DNA of 64,000 bases, from contig NIVC01001799.1 in assembly GCA_002269645.1 (NCBI GenBank), positions 95,347-159,346 on the forward strand, in the 5' to 3' direction. Below are positions 1 through 13,300 of the stretch, piece by piece (position 1 is the first letter of the stretch; each line of letters starts with the position of its first letter). This DNA comes from Macrostomum lignano. Its lineage: Eukaryota. Position numbers and translations under genes: made by a program. The notes beneath the pieces were generated by a model. The model saw nothing but the letters and a program-made list of their open reading frames with translations. It did no database searches and was not told the DNA's origin.

Positions 1-217
1 CTCCTTAATATCAAAAGATTTTAAATAAAACCTCTTGAAGGATTTTGCATTCGATGTGCATTTTAAACTGCCATAGACAGCCAAACTATGGGGACATTAG
101 TAGTAATATCTTGGGTTAAAAATAGCTAATACTCAAGTCGAAGCAGGATACAGTGGCTCGGTGGAAACGAGCTTTGAACGGGGAATCATGTGCCGCTAAT
201 TATACTGTAGGGTCCAC

Positions 218-760
218 CTATAAGGGCCGGGCAAGCAGCGGTATGCTCTCGGGCTTGCAAACGTCGGGGAGAACCGGGTTTGGCCCGAGGTGAGTGAGCC
301 TGAAGACTGGGCAGGGGCAGATAAAGTGCTCATGGTTTTCACTGCCGGCGCGACAAAAAGGGGCACCGCTCCTCAGGTACCTGGTCCTAAAGGAAACGGT
401 GGCAAGCAAAGCAGCCATGTCCGGAGAGGGCCACGCGCCATGCTGACTGCTCTAAGATCCCTGCGGGTTGAGCCAAAGGCGAGCTCTACGCAGGAGGGGG
501 AGGGACAGGGGACGGCAGCGAGGGATTGTCTGCAATTGGGATTTGATCACCGAGATGGGGATGGGGCCTCTGGGCCCGGCCTGAGAAGCGCGCTGGCGGA
601 GCTGGCCTTGGCCAGCAGGTCCGGGATCTATTTGAGCTGCACCTCATTGCCCAGCGCGAGCCCATTGAGCTGGGCGTTATAATCCAGGACAGATTTGGAG
701 CTGGTAGTACTATGGCAGAGAGCCCGAAGGGCTGCTTGGCTGTCGGACTGAAAAATAGTA
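218..760 (-). mobile_element. Decayed 3' fragment (RNase H + CCHC zinc-knuckle region) of a non-LTR retrotransposon related to the element at 45568-51323
   Basis: The minus strand reads IFQSDSQAALRALCHSTTSSKSVLDYNAQLNGLALGNEVQLK*IP-DLLAK, then APFCRAGSENHEHFICPCPVFRLTHLGPNPVLPDVCKPESIP. These match the intact ORF2 in this window (IHSDSQAALQALCHTTTNSRTVADCARQLNLLARSNTVRLKWIP...; CPFCECDNEDAQHFVCHCPFFNRDRLRYLGPNPSIDEVCQPDSIP). There is a premature TAG at 628-630 replacing Trp, plus deletions. Confidence 0.88.
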
Positions 761-1245
761 TGGGACCATATGTACACGCGAGTGCTTTTTAAAGTTTCAG
801 ATGCGAATGCAAAGTAAAATCCGTCAATTGTAAAAAATGACGAATACGAGCGTACAATACAACCTTTGGCCCAGTTCTACTCTTCTCAATGAATCATATT
901 GTTCTTGCTCATTCTAATAATTCGTTAATGGTATAAACGTAAACAAGTGGACTGCATTGACAATTATTCATGCCTTGTACTTGAGTATAGGCTGCAGAAT
1001 ACGGGTCAACCTTTCTCATTCGATTGGTACCGAGGAAGGTTATTACACTTCTATTGTACAGGCATTTAATTAGACAGCATACGGAGGGGCTTTAAAAATA
1101 AAAAATTATTAACATACGTTTAGTTGCGTAGGAGGATATTTAAAACCGACACAAACTCGAATTGTTGCGTTGTTCAAAAAAGTAGCCATGAAATATTTGT
1201 ATGTAGTTAGCCTGGACAGTGTTGAGTAGCTTACTGACGAGTTCG

Positions 1246-2580
1246 TTACCGTTCCGTACCGGAGTTCTTGTGCCGCTTCTTCTTGGCTATGCACGTGGCA
1301 GATTTGTTCCAGTCGCCGCACTTCATTGGAACAAAAGAGTGACTACCTATGTGGCGCCGCGCCGGTGCACTTCCTGCTTCGCTCTTCAGTGATTCGTCGG
1401 CAGCTGTTGTGCTGTGCGGAGAGGAGCAGCTGCTGCTGCTGCTGCTGGATGTGCTGGACAAGTTGTAGTCATGCAGGTGAGACATTCGCCGGCTCAGGTA
1501 CGCCAGCCGTGGATTGACTGGATGCGACTGCTGCGTACCTGCTTCGAACGGGTTTTCTGCATAATACCGCTGCATTGGATAGGCGGACCTGGGCTCTAGA
1601 TACGACTTCTGCTGAGATAGGAAATCTTGCTGTTGTTGTTGAAGAAGAAAATTACTTTGGATATTGACCGGTGGATAGTATTGCCGTTGAATGTGAGGTT
1701 TCTGCTTCTCTGCATAAGACTGCGGCTCAAATTGCTGATGCAACTGTTGTGGCTTGTGTCGCGATTTAGCCGGTCGTGGATGCTTGGAATGGGGCAGACG
1801 GTGCAGAGGAGGCTGCACCTGAGCTTCAGGATACAGCAGCTGTTGCGCTTGCATTGCGTTTGGAGGACCTGGCGGGGGGATTTTTTGCGGAATAAACTGC
1901 TGCTGCTGACCTGCAGCCTGGGGTTGGTAACCGGACTGCTGTTGCGACCGTTGGTTTGGCCCCTGGTTCCGCAAAATCGTTGCACCTTGTTGCATCATCA
2001 TCTGCGCCTGTTGAGTCAGAAGCGTCTCAGCCAGAGTTGCTGAGTTTGGTGACGAAGTCTGCGAATAGGCCAGGACTGGGCTGCTGCACTGTTGGACTCC
2101 TTGGCTTTTGCGATTGCGCCATCTGGCGTTGCTGCCGCCTTTGCAAACTGCACCAGAGTTCGATGCTGAAGTACCAAATCTTCTGCTTCTGGCGTTGCTC
2201 TGGTTTTCATCGTCGCCTTCCTCAGCTGGCTGCTCCTCGCCAATGCCACCGCCGCCGCCAATACCACCACCGCCGCTGCCGCCGCCGTTGCCACCGCCAC
2301 TGCTGCCGCCACCGCCACTGCTGCCGCCACCGCCACGGACGCCGCCGCCGAGGCCACCGCCACTGCTGCCGCCGCCGCCGCCATCGCCTCCACCACCGCC
2401 GCCACTATCGCTACCCTGAATACCCTGATCGCAGATGATGTTCCACAATTCCTTGTGGTAGCGCAGCTTGCAAGCTTGAATCCGATCGCGAGCTGGGGCC
2501 AGGTCGACGCCAAGGTCGATTATGCTGCCGAACAAACCGAAGGCAGGGGTGCAGAAGACCGTGTACTTTTTACCGGACAT
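1246..2580 (-). CDS. Uncharacterised 444-aa single-exon ORF, Gly-rich then Gln/Pro/Ser-rich (probable disordered protein)
   Basis: Long open frame in a GC-rich island with AT-rich flanks. The ATG has an A-rich context (taaaaaATG) and CAG/GGC codon runs like those in the confirmed exons. No domain recognised. Confidence 0.5.
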   Translation of the reverse strand: MSGKKYTVFCTPAFGLFGSIIDLGVDLAPARDRIQACKLRYHKELWNIICDQGIQGSDSGGGGGGDGGGGGSSGGGLGGGVRGGGGSSGGGGSSGGGNGGGSGGGGIGGGGGIGEEQPAEEGDDENQSNARSRRFGTSASNSGAVCKGGSNARWRNRKSQGVQQCSSPVLAYSQTSSPNSATLAETLLTQQAQMMMQQGATILRNQGPNQRSQQQSGYQPQAAGQQQQFIPQKIPPPGPPNAMQAQQLLYPEAQVQPPLHRLPHSKHPRPAKSRHKPQQLHQQFEPQSYAEKQKPHIQRQYYPPVNIQSNFLLQQQQQDFLSQQKSYLEPRSAYPMQRYYAENPFEAGTQQSHPVNPRLAYLSRRMSHLHDYNLSSTSSSSSSSCSSPHSTTAADESLKSEAGSAPARRHIGSHSFVPMKCGDWNKSATCIAKKKRHKNSGTER

Positions 2581-4307
2581 TTTTTACTTATTAATTCCTC
2601 TTATGCATGCATGAGAGCTTAAGCCAAGTTATGGCTTTTTGCTTGGGCATGAAGAAATTGTTCATTTGCCAACGATAGAGAGAATTCTAAAGCAACTGAT
2701 CTCGTACCATAGAGATGAAAAGGACAAGGAGGTATATGCTCATGTTTGCATAATAATTCTATATTGTATTGCATTCATGTACAAGCAAGCCGGTTACGAA
2801 GCTTTGTATGTCTTCTCGGTTTATTGATTTATTTATCAATATCAAAATGACATTTACTAGGTAGCCAGCTTCACAAAAGTTTTGAGGCGAGAGGGCGAAA
2901 GCAATGGTGATAAAAGCCTGGCAGAGCCAATCAGCTCCGAGCAAACAGGCTTGAGCCAGAGCTACTAGCAAGAACAACACGTACAAATACTAGGCTAAGA
3001 TATGAGACGCAGTATAAAGCACAACAAGCATGTGGTAGAAATTGAAAAAGTGCAGAACACCGTCCGTTAGGCGCAGGACGCAAAGCTCTAGAGAACGCAT
3101 AGCGCTGAATGGGGTTTTGCCATAGACAAATTCTGTCGATAAAAATCCGCGCTAGATAAATCCCATTTCTCGAAAGCATGCTCAATGCACCAGCGATATG
3201 ATAAATACATGTATATACATGTACATGTGTAACCGACCTTCCCAGCTCATTTCTAGAAAAATCAACTGCAAGTGTATAGCGTTTTAATTCAAGGTGACCA
3301 TGGATTTTAGCTTCAGAAGTCCAGATTTGTACACCATACATTTGCATGTCTGTAGCTGTCGTAAATCTTCCCCAAGCACTCCAAACCGTTACGCCCCGAT
3401 CGACCTCGCTCTACACTATAATTAAATCCCTTTTGCTAAAAAAATGTGGACCACAAATGCCTGCAAGTAGTTTTTGACCTATTCAAAATCCGAGAAGAGA
3501 CAGAAGCATAAGCGCATATATCCTGAAGTAGTTGCGGCCGGGCGACACGATCAAGGCTGACTTAAAGTGTCTTTAATAAGTTGTAATGCTGGGCAGAGGA
3601 TGTAAATGTAGTAAACACGAATTAAAATAATGGACTGACCTCCGGTTAGGCTACGTCAATCAGGCGCTCTAGGAGTGTCATCAATTGCAAATTGGAAAAG
3701 TGCATAAGAAACAAATATGCAGGATTAGCAACAGAATTAAAGTGCATGTTCATTAGTAGTGACTTGCATGTTACAATTCTACACACTCGATACGAACGTG
3801 ATCTTTTTCGGATACTCTGCAGTCAGTTTAAAACTGGACTATGAACACAAGCGTTAAAAACTTTGAGACTTAATTTAAATCAAATGAATCAAATTACGCA
3901 ATTGTGGTTAAAGGCTTGGTGGTTAAAGTGCAAGATACGTGTTTATTCCAAAAAATAAATTAACGGTTTTTGTAACATAGAAACAAAACTGATATTACTT
4001 GTGTAGTTTTTGAGGTAAAGCTTAAATTTGATTCAAACAAGAAGAAATTTTTTAAAAATACATTTTTAGCCTTGGAATTAAAAACTAATATTAACTAGAG
4101 AATTGTACATTTTTGTTTGCTGACACATCACACGATTTTGCTTATGTTCTCTCCTCAGCATTTGTTTCTCTTGTATATTGACCTCATTACAAGTTGCCTT
4201 TCTGTGCATCTGGAGGTTTGATAAGAAGAGTAGTCAGATATCAGTTTCAGTATCAAATCTGTACGTTCTCTCTCTAATTATCCTAAATTCTGACCAAGAA
4301 GTCAGAA

Positions 4308-7300
4308 ATGCTATCCAAATTTGAGTCGAAATCTGCACGAGTGAAGGGTAAGTACAATTGCGGAATTTTAAACAATTTATTTTACAATGTATTTTTAATT
4401 AAAACTTTTGCATATTCAATAGATTTTTTTCTGATTGTGCCTATTAGTCAAATTTTTAGACAGAAGTGCTATAACCTAATATGTATCTTGTAGGCCTAAT
4501 AATTTTGTTCCAGACAAAATGACTAACTTAGTGGAAAAATGGCTCTCTACAATTATTACTAGACAGAAAGGTGGCAAACAAAGCAATAGAAGAATCATTG
4601 TCAATTGCTAAGGTGGCCATGGCCTTCCTCTCAGCTATGACCTAGCTATGTAATATTTATAATGGCAGTGCTTATCCCCATGGTACCGTAGTAATAATTT
4701 CTGTCTTATTCCAACGGTACCGTGCGAATAATTTTCTGCTTATCCGCACGGCACACTGACGAGATAGCTGCCCTATCTTCTACATATGCCGTGTGGGAAG
4801 TTTAGTACATACGATTTGAGTGCAGTATAACAACATAACTTGGCTTGAACATTTGTTCTAAAGAAATAAAGATTTAACGACTTTTCTATGAGAAAGAATT
4901 TTTTTGTGTAGTAACAAATAATTTAAATTGCGTGCCGTGTGGATAAGCAGAAAACTATTCGCACGGTACCGTTGGAATAAGACAGAAATTATTCCTACGG
5001 TACCGTGGGGATAAGCACTGCCATTTATAATTAATTGGATTGTTGGATTGAATTGTATATAGCTTTTCTCAAAAACATTTAGTATCTAACCCTAAGTGTT
5101 TTTATCTATTGAAAATGACTAACATAATTGATTCTTTTGTTTATCACTATATTGTAGCCAATGTTGATATATATATACTTATGTTAGGTCATTAAAATTT
5201 AAAATTAATAAAAATGAATAGATTTAACCTTTGAAATAAATAAAGAAACTAGACTTTTTTGCTATTTTCATGATATAGACCAATGTATAATAGCTTTATT
5301 CTTTTATATCCTAAATGTGCAATTTTGTTTTAATGTATATAATATTAAAAATATTGTAAATATTTTGAATATTATGATTGTGACAACTCTTTTGTTTTAA
5401 ACAGCACCAAGAAAAACCTATAAATACAAGTATATAAGTTGCCAACAGGGAAAACTAAACCTGTGTGCTTCTTTTTAGGCTTCTACAATGAAAATAAATT
5501 GAGCAATATTTCTGTCTTAGTCATTTAAGGATACCAAAGACCCTAAGCATTGAAAGAACTCATTCAATTCTTAGAACAAGATTAGAACTAGACTTCTAGA
5601 TTTAGAATCTAAAAAATCACTTCAGGGTAGAACATCTACTAAATGGTTAGGAATATTTAGACCTAGGATCTAAGAACTTACCTCAAAGCAAAATATCTAC
5701 CAAAGTGTAAGTTGTGACCCTTTGATCCTAGTAATGCCTGGACTAAGAAAAGCCCCTAAAAGAGAGAATTAATACAGATAGAAGTTTAGTGTTATAGATT
5801 GCTCAGGCCAAGAGTACATATATATTACCTGCTTAAGATGATATATAAGCAGTACTACTAGCACAAAGTACAATGTTAAAAATACATCAAAATGTCACAT
5901 TAGAAATGGAAACTTTCTACAACTTGGTTGTAGCAATAAGATTAGTTTCAAAAGATAGAATAATACCCTTTCCACAAATATGTAATTTTTTTCTATTGTA
6001 TCTAATATAATTTTTATAGCCTATTTTGTTTTTGATTAAGAAAAAAGCAAATCTAAAAAAACTAAAAATTTAAGCAAGTTTTTAATATTTGAAATTTAAT
6101 ATGCTAATTAAAAATTGAAATAGAAGTTTACTATAATAGCACTGCATTTTTAATGACCTTTGTTCAAATTATGAACTTCATTCAATTTTGAGTTATATTT
6201 ATAACAAGTATTTTTCATTGTAAAAAAGTCTTTCTGTTTTGCATATTTGCTTTTTAGTCTATAGAAAAGTCATTTATTTGCAAAATTATACCAATTTTAT
6301 ATGTAAAAATGAAGGCAGTCTTTATTATTTTAACAAATATAAGATAAGAATGCTTGCCTAAAGTAGTAAGAAATATTGAGATGATTTTAAAAAACTTTAA
6401 AATATTATTTATAGCTACAGCTCTAATTTCAGCCAATGAAAAAACTCTTTTTTATACAGTAGGCTAAGCTTTTGATATTTATTGTATTACTACAGTGTTA
6501 TTTTTCAATGTTAATTTGATAAATGTATCAAATTATAGACTAGTGTGTTTAATCATTTAATTGCATTTTGTGTATTAAAAAGTGGTTAGACATATGTTTT
6601 TAATTAACTTTTGTCTTTTACCATATTTATGGTTTAAATACCATCTACCACTATTTGGCCAGTATTTATTAATATATTGCACATAAATTTTGGCTAATAT
6701 TAGCCTGTCCAGAAAGCTTATAAAGCAAATTTTTCCTAAGCCCAAGCCACTCACATTAACTCATGGATGCAGGCCTCTCCTTCCATCCCAAGCGGCCATG
6801 GATCCTGTGCTCTCTGCACAATGGCGTTATCCAGCTCTGGGACTATCGAATGCGCACTCTTATTGAGAAGTTCGATGAACACGAGGGCCCAGTTCGAGGC
6901 ATCCATTTCCATGGCAACCAGCCATTGTTTGTGTCCGGCGGAGACGATTACAAAATCAAGGTGTGGAATTACAAGCAGCGCAAGTGCCTGTTCACCCTGC
7001 TAGGCCATCTGGACTACATCCGAACTACATTCTTCCATCACGAGTATCCGTGGATTCTGTCCGCTAGCGATGACCAGACAATCAGAGTGTGGAATTGGCA
7101 GGCTCGCACTGCTATCTGCGTGCTAACTGGCCACAGTCACTACGTTATGTGCGCCCAGTTCCACCCGAGCGAAGATCTGGTTGTCAGCGCTAGCCTAGAT
7201 CAGACCATTCGAGTCTGGGATATTAGCGGCCTGCGCAAGAAGAACGTGGCTCCGGGACTTGGCGGTCACGACGATATCGGAGGTTACAGAGGCGGCGGCA

Positions 7301-10300
7301 TGCAGGTTAGTTGAGCTTATAGTTGTTGAGGCCAATTTTGCCTGAAAAATGATTAAACAGCACTGTTTATTGTGAACCATTTGCCCAGGGTCCCGGTCAT
7401 ACCGACTTGTTCGGCACCACCGATGCCATTGTGAAGCACGTGCTAGAAGGCCACGATCGCGGCGTCAACTGGGTGATGTTCCACCCAACTATGCCCGTCA
7501 TTGTTAGCGCCGCCGACGACCGTCAAGTGAAACTGTGGCGAATGAATGACAGCAAAGCCTGGGAGTTGGACACCTGCCGAGGCCACTATAACAACGTGTC
7601 CTGCGCCATCTTCCATCCCCGTCAAGAGCTCATGCTCAGTAATAGCGAGGACAAGAGCATTCGAGTGTGGGACATGGCCAAGCGGACCTGCGTGCAAACG
7701 TTTCGTAGGGACAATGACCGATTCTGGATTCTAACAGCGCATCCGTCATTGAACCTGTTCGCTGCTGGGCACGACAATGGCATGGTCATCTTCAAGCTGG
7801 AGCGGGAGCGGCCCGCCTACTCGGTTAGTGCTGCTGCAGATCCTATTCCGGTAGCTGAGATCCCATTCACGTAGCTGAGATCCCATTCCGGTAGCTGAGA
7901 TCCCATTCCGGTAGCTGAGATCCCATTCCGGTAGCTGAGATCCCATTCCGGTAGCTGAGATCCCATTCTGGGTAGCTGAGATCCTATTCCGGTAGCTGAG
8001 ATCCCATTCCGGTAGCTGAGATCCTATTCCGGTAGCTGAGATCCTATTCCGGTAGCTGAGATCCCATTCTGGGTAGCTGAGATCCCGTTCCGGTAGCTGA
8101 GATCCCATTCTAGGTAGCTGAGGTCCGGATCCCATATCCCTCACTCCCGATCCCCAGTGAGCAGGCAGCAAAAGCAGAAATCCCAAACACCGTCTCCTAT
8201 TCAGATCCACGAGAACTGCCTGCTATACGTGAAGCAGAAGACGCTTCGCCGGCTAGACCTGAACACGAACAAAGACCAGCCGGTGCTGCAGCTGCCAAAG
8301 AAGGCCAACTACACCAGTCTGACTTACAACCCAGCCGAGAATGCCGTACTGCTGGGCTGCCGCAGCGCTAATCCGGACAATTCCACCTACGAGCTGCACT
8401 GCTTGCCAAGAGACGCCACCGATTCGGCTGTCGATGCCGCCGACTCGAAGCGATCTTCGGGCCTGACCGCAATCTGGGTGGCCCGCAACCGGTTCGCCGT
8501 GCTTGACAAAGGCCACACGCTGGCCGTTAAGAATATGCGCAACGAGGTGTCTAAGAAGTTTCAGCTGGCCAACGCTGAGGAGATTTTCTACGCCGGTACT
8601 GGCTGCCTGCTGGTGAAGGAGCCCGACACCGTGTCGCTGTACGATGTGCAGCAGAAACGTGCTCTCAGCTCTGTGAAAGCTGCTCAGGTAAGATTAAATA
8701 TTTGTTGGTTGTTTCCCGGATTTCAACATTTCATTAATACTCATCTAGGTTTCGATTGGGTACAGTACGTATCTGAAAACAAATATCCCAATATCCTGAA
8801 CGGCTCCAGATCTCACTGTCCTGAGCAGCTCCTGATCCCTAATATCCCTAATCCCTGATCCCTAATATCCCTAATCCCTGATCCCTAATATCCCTAATCT
8901 CTGATCCCTAATATCCTTAATCCCTGATCCCTAATATCCCTAATCCCTGATCCCTAATATCCCTAATCCCTGATCCCTAATATCCCCAATCCCTGATCCC
9001 TAATATCCTGAGAGTTCCTGATCCCTAATAATATCCCTAATCCCTGATCCCTAATATCCCTAATCCCTGATCCCTAATATCCTGAGAGTTCCTGATCCCT
9101 AATAATATCCCTGATCCCTAATATCCTGAAAGTTCCTGATCCCTAATAATATCCCTAATCCCTGATCCCTAATATCCCTAATCCCTGATCCCTAATATCC
9201 TGGAGAGTTCCTGATCCCTAATATCCTGAGCAGTTTCTGATTTCTAATATCCTGGAGAGTTCCTGATCCCTAATATCCTGGAGAGTTCCTGATCCCTAAT
9301 ATCCTGGAGAGTTCCTGATCCCTAATATCCTGAGCAGTTCCTGATCCCTAATAATATCCCTAATCCCTGATCCCTAATATCCCTAATCCCTGATCCCTAA
9401 TATCCTGGAGAGTTCCTGATCCCTAATATCCTGAGCAGTTCCTGATCCCTAATATCCTGGAGAGTTCCTGATCCCTAATATCCTGGAGAGTTCCTGATCC
9501 CTAATATCCTGAGCAGTTCCTGATCCCTAATAATATCCCTAATCCCTGATCCCTAATATCCCTAATCCCTGATCCCTAATATCCTGGAGAGTTCCTGATC
9601 CCTAATATCCTGAGCAGTTCCTGATCCCTAATATCCTGGAGAGTTCCTGATCCCTAATATCCTGGAGAGTTCCTGATCCCTAATATCCTGGAGAGTTCCT
9701 GATCCCTAATATCCTGAGCAGTTCCTGATCCCTAATATCCTGAGCAGTTCCTGATCCCTAATATCCTGAGCAGTTCCTGGTCCCTAATAATTCAAAATTA
9801 CCTCTCGTCCTCTCCGTCCGCAACAAAACAGGTGCGCCAGGCGATCTGGTCTGCCGACATGTCCAATGTGGCCCTAATCTCAAAGCTGACCGTGACCCTG
9901 TGCGATAGGAAACTGGCCACCCTGTGCACAGTGCAGGAGAGCGTCCGGATTAAGAGCGCCGCCTGGGACGACTCCGGCGTGCTGCTGTACACCACAGCCA
10001 ATCATATTAAGTACCTGCTGACCTCCGGCGATAATGGCATTATTAGAACCCTGGACGTGCCAATCTACCTTACTCGGGTTAAAGGTGAGCTTTTAAACTG
10101 GCAAAAGCGTTTCAATACATATCGGTGTCATCTTTACCATGTAGATTTTTTCAATACATATCGATAGTAAATTATTGAATTATCATATTATCAATACATA
10201 TCAGTTATATTTATTATTTAGCGTTTTTCGATACATATCGGTGCCATATTTACCATTTAGAATTTTTCGATACATATCGGTGTATCTTTACCATTTAGCA

Positions 10301-13300
10301 TTTTTCGATACATATCGGTGTCATCTTTACCATTTAGCATTTTTCGATACATATCGGTGTCATCTTTGCCATTTAGAATTTTTTTCGATACATATCGGTG
10401 TCATCTTTACCATTTAGCGTTTTTTTATTCATATCGGTGTCATCTTTACCATTTAGCATTTTTCGATACATATCGGTACAATTCGATACATAGAGATAGT
10501 TATATCGTGCTCCTCATACCCTCAAACTAGGCACCTCTGTCTACTGTCTGGACCGCGAATGCGTGCCCCGCGTGCTGGGCATCGACCCCACCGAGTACCG
10601 ATTCAAGATGGCCCTGGTGAATCGCAAATACGAAGAGGTGCTGCACATGGTGCGCCACGCTAAGCTGGTTGGCCAGGCTCTCATCGCCTACCTGCAGCGC
10701 AAAGGCTACCCGGAGGTGGCGCTGCACTTTGTCAAAGACGAGCGCACCAGATTTGGCCTGGCCGTCGAATGCGGCAACCTTGACGCCGCCCTGGAGAGCG
10801 CCCGGGCCCTTGACGACAAGCAGTGCTGGGAGCGGCTGGGCGAGCTGGCCCTGGCCCACGGCAACCACCAGATGGTGGAGATGGCCTACCAGCGCACTAA
10901 GAATTTCGACAAGCTGGCCTTTCTATACCTGATTAGCGGCCAGCTGGACAAGCTGCGCAAGATGATGCGCATAGCTGAGATTCGCAAGGACACCAGCGGC
11001 CACTTCCAGATGGCTCTGCTGCTTGGCGACGTGTCCGAGCGTGTCCGAGTTCTGCGCACCTGCGGCCAGACCGGCCTGGCTGGCCTCACCGCCGCCGCGC
11101 ACGGCCTGCAGGAGGCCGAACCGGGCGCCGCCGACGATCCGGCGGCTGGCCCGCCGACGGTGACGCCGCCGCCGAACGCTTCGCTGCTGCAGCCGCCCTG
11201 CCCGCTGCGCAGCCAGGACTCCAACTGGCCGTTGCTAACCGTTACTAAGGACTTTTTCGAGGCCGCCATGCGAGCCAGGGGCGCCGGTGGAACTGCCGGA
11301 GCCGCCGCCGCCGCTGTCGCATCAGCCGGGCCGGCGTCCGCTGTGGCCGCCGTCGAAGTCGAAGAAGCCGAAGTCGGCAGCGGCTGGGGCGACGACGAAG
11401 ACGACGAGAACGCATCCAAGGGCGGCGCCAAAGGCGAAGGCTCCGACGTCGAAGATGAGGAGGGCGACGGCTGGGAGGTCGACGACGATTTGGACTTGCC
11501 AGCCGACGCCGGCGGTCACGACTCTGCGGCTGGCGGTGGCGGCTACGTGCCGCCCGTGCGCGGCCCGCCTCCCAGGCAGGTCTGGACTGCCGGCTCCCAG
11601 CTGGCTGCCGATCACGCCGCTGCCGGCAGCTGGGAGTCCGCGATGAGGCTGCTTGCGCAACAGGTTTGGCTTTGCAGACCTTAGGTGTCTTGCTTAGGTC
11701 ACTCTAATTGTCACTCCGCGTATTAGGTCACTCTAATTGTCACTCCGCGTATTAGGTCACTCTAATTGTCACTCCGCGTATTAGGTCACTCTAATTGTCA
11801 CTCCGCATATTAGGTCACTCTAATTGTAACTCCGTGTCCTACGACACTAATTGTCACTCCGCATATTAGGTCACTCTAATTGTCACTTCGCGTGTTAGGT
11901 CACTCTAATTGTCACTCCACTGACTCTTTCAAACCGCTTGCAATTCTTCAGGTCGGCGTGGCCCGCTTCGAGCCGCTCAAGCCGCTGTTCGTAGCCGCCT
12001 ACGCCAGGTCCCGGGCCTGCCTGCCCACCCTGGCCGGCTCGCCGCCTCTCTTTGCCGCCCCTCTGCGCAACTGGAAGGAGGCCGGCAGCGGCGGCCAGCG
12101 CGGAGGCGGCGGCGGACTGCCAGCGGTGGGCATCCGGCTCCGTCAGCTGCTGGACCGGCTGCAGACTGCCTACGGTTTGACTACTCGCGGCAACTTTGCC
12201 GATGCTGTTGATCGATTCCGTCAGTGCCTGCTGGGCGTGCTGATGCTGGTTGTCACTAGCAACCAGGTGAGTTTACGAAGGAGAAATAGATTTATCTATA
12301 GATATTGTCGACTTATCTATAGCTGATTTAGATTCATCTGTGGATATTGTAGATTCATCTGTGGATATTGTAGATTCATCTATAGATATTGTAGATTCAT
12401 CTATAGATATTGTAGATTCATCTATAGATAATGTAGATTCATCTATAGATAATGTAGATTCATCTGTGGATATTGTAGATTCATCTGTCGATATTGTAGA
12501 TTCATCTGTGGATATTGTAGATTCATCTGTCGATATTGTAGATTCATCGAGAGCTAAGAATAGATCTTGTTAACTTATCTATAGATATTGTATATTCATC
12601 CATAGACACTTTAAGCTTATCTATAGAGATAGTGTCGATCAATCAGTAGATAATGATAATTATCAGGAGATTGACGTATATGGTCTAAAAGTCGACAATC
12701 TATAGACACTGTCTACAATCTAGAGCACATCAGCTAAACTATTTCTTAACTTCTATTCGCAGGAGGTGGCGGAGGCCAAGCAGCTCATTGAGGTGTGCCG
12801 CAACTACATAGTAGGCCTGCAGATGGAGCTGGCCCGCAAGGCTCTGCCTCGGACTGAGGAGATTCGCTCAGCCGAAATGGCCTGCTATTTCACTCACTGC
12901 GACCTGCAGCCAACCCACACTATGCTGACTGTCCGTTCGGCTTTGAAGATTCTCTACAAGCTGCGCAACTTCGCCACCGCTGCCATGTTCGCCAGGCGCC
13001 TGCTTGAGCTCGGCCCCAAGCCCGAGGTGGCCAACGAGACTCGGAAAATCTTGCAGACCTGCGAGAAGAATCCAACCGACGCCAGACAGTTGAACTACGA
13101 TCCGCACAATCCGTTCGACATCTGCGCCGCCTCCTACGTGCCTATTTATCGGGGCAGGCCGCTTGTGAAGGATCCGCTGTCCGGGGCCTGCTATGCTCCC
13201 GAGTTTGCCGGCCAGCTCTGCCGGGTCACTCAGGTATGTAATGTCCCTCTGACATATCACTCCGTGCCTACTGTCACTCTGACATATCACTCCGTGTCTA

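Noticed and set aside
8830-9790. CCCTAA-containing units suggesting an interstitial telomere
   Set aside because: CCCTAA never occurs as tandem (CCCTAA)n; it is embedded in longer units (CCCTAAT, CCCTGAT).
10527-11660. Long antisense or alternative-frame ORFs overlapping COPA, SEL1L and retrotransposon exons
   Set aside because: These are expected shadows of GC3-rich coding sequence, with no independent motifs.
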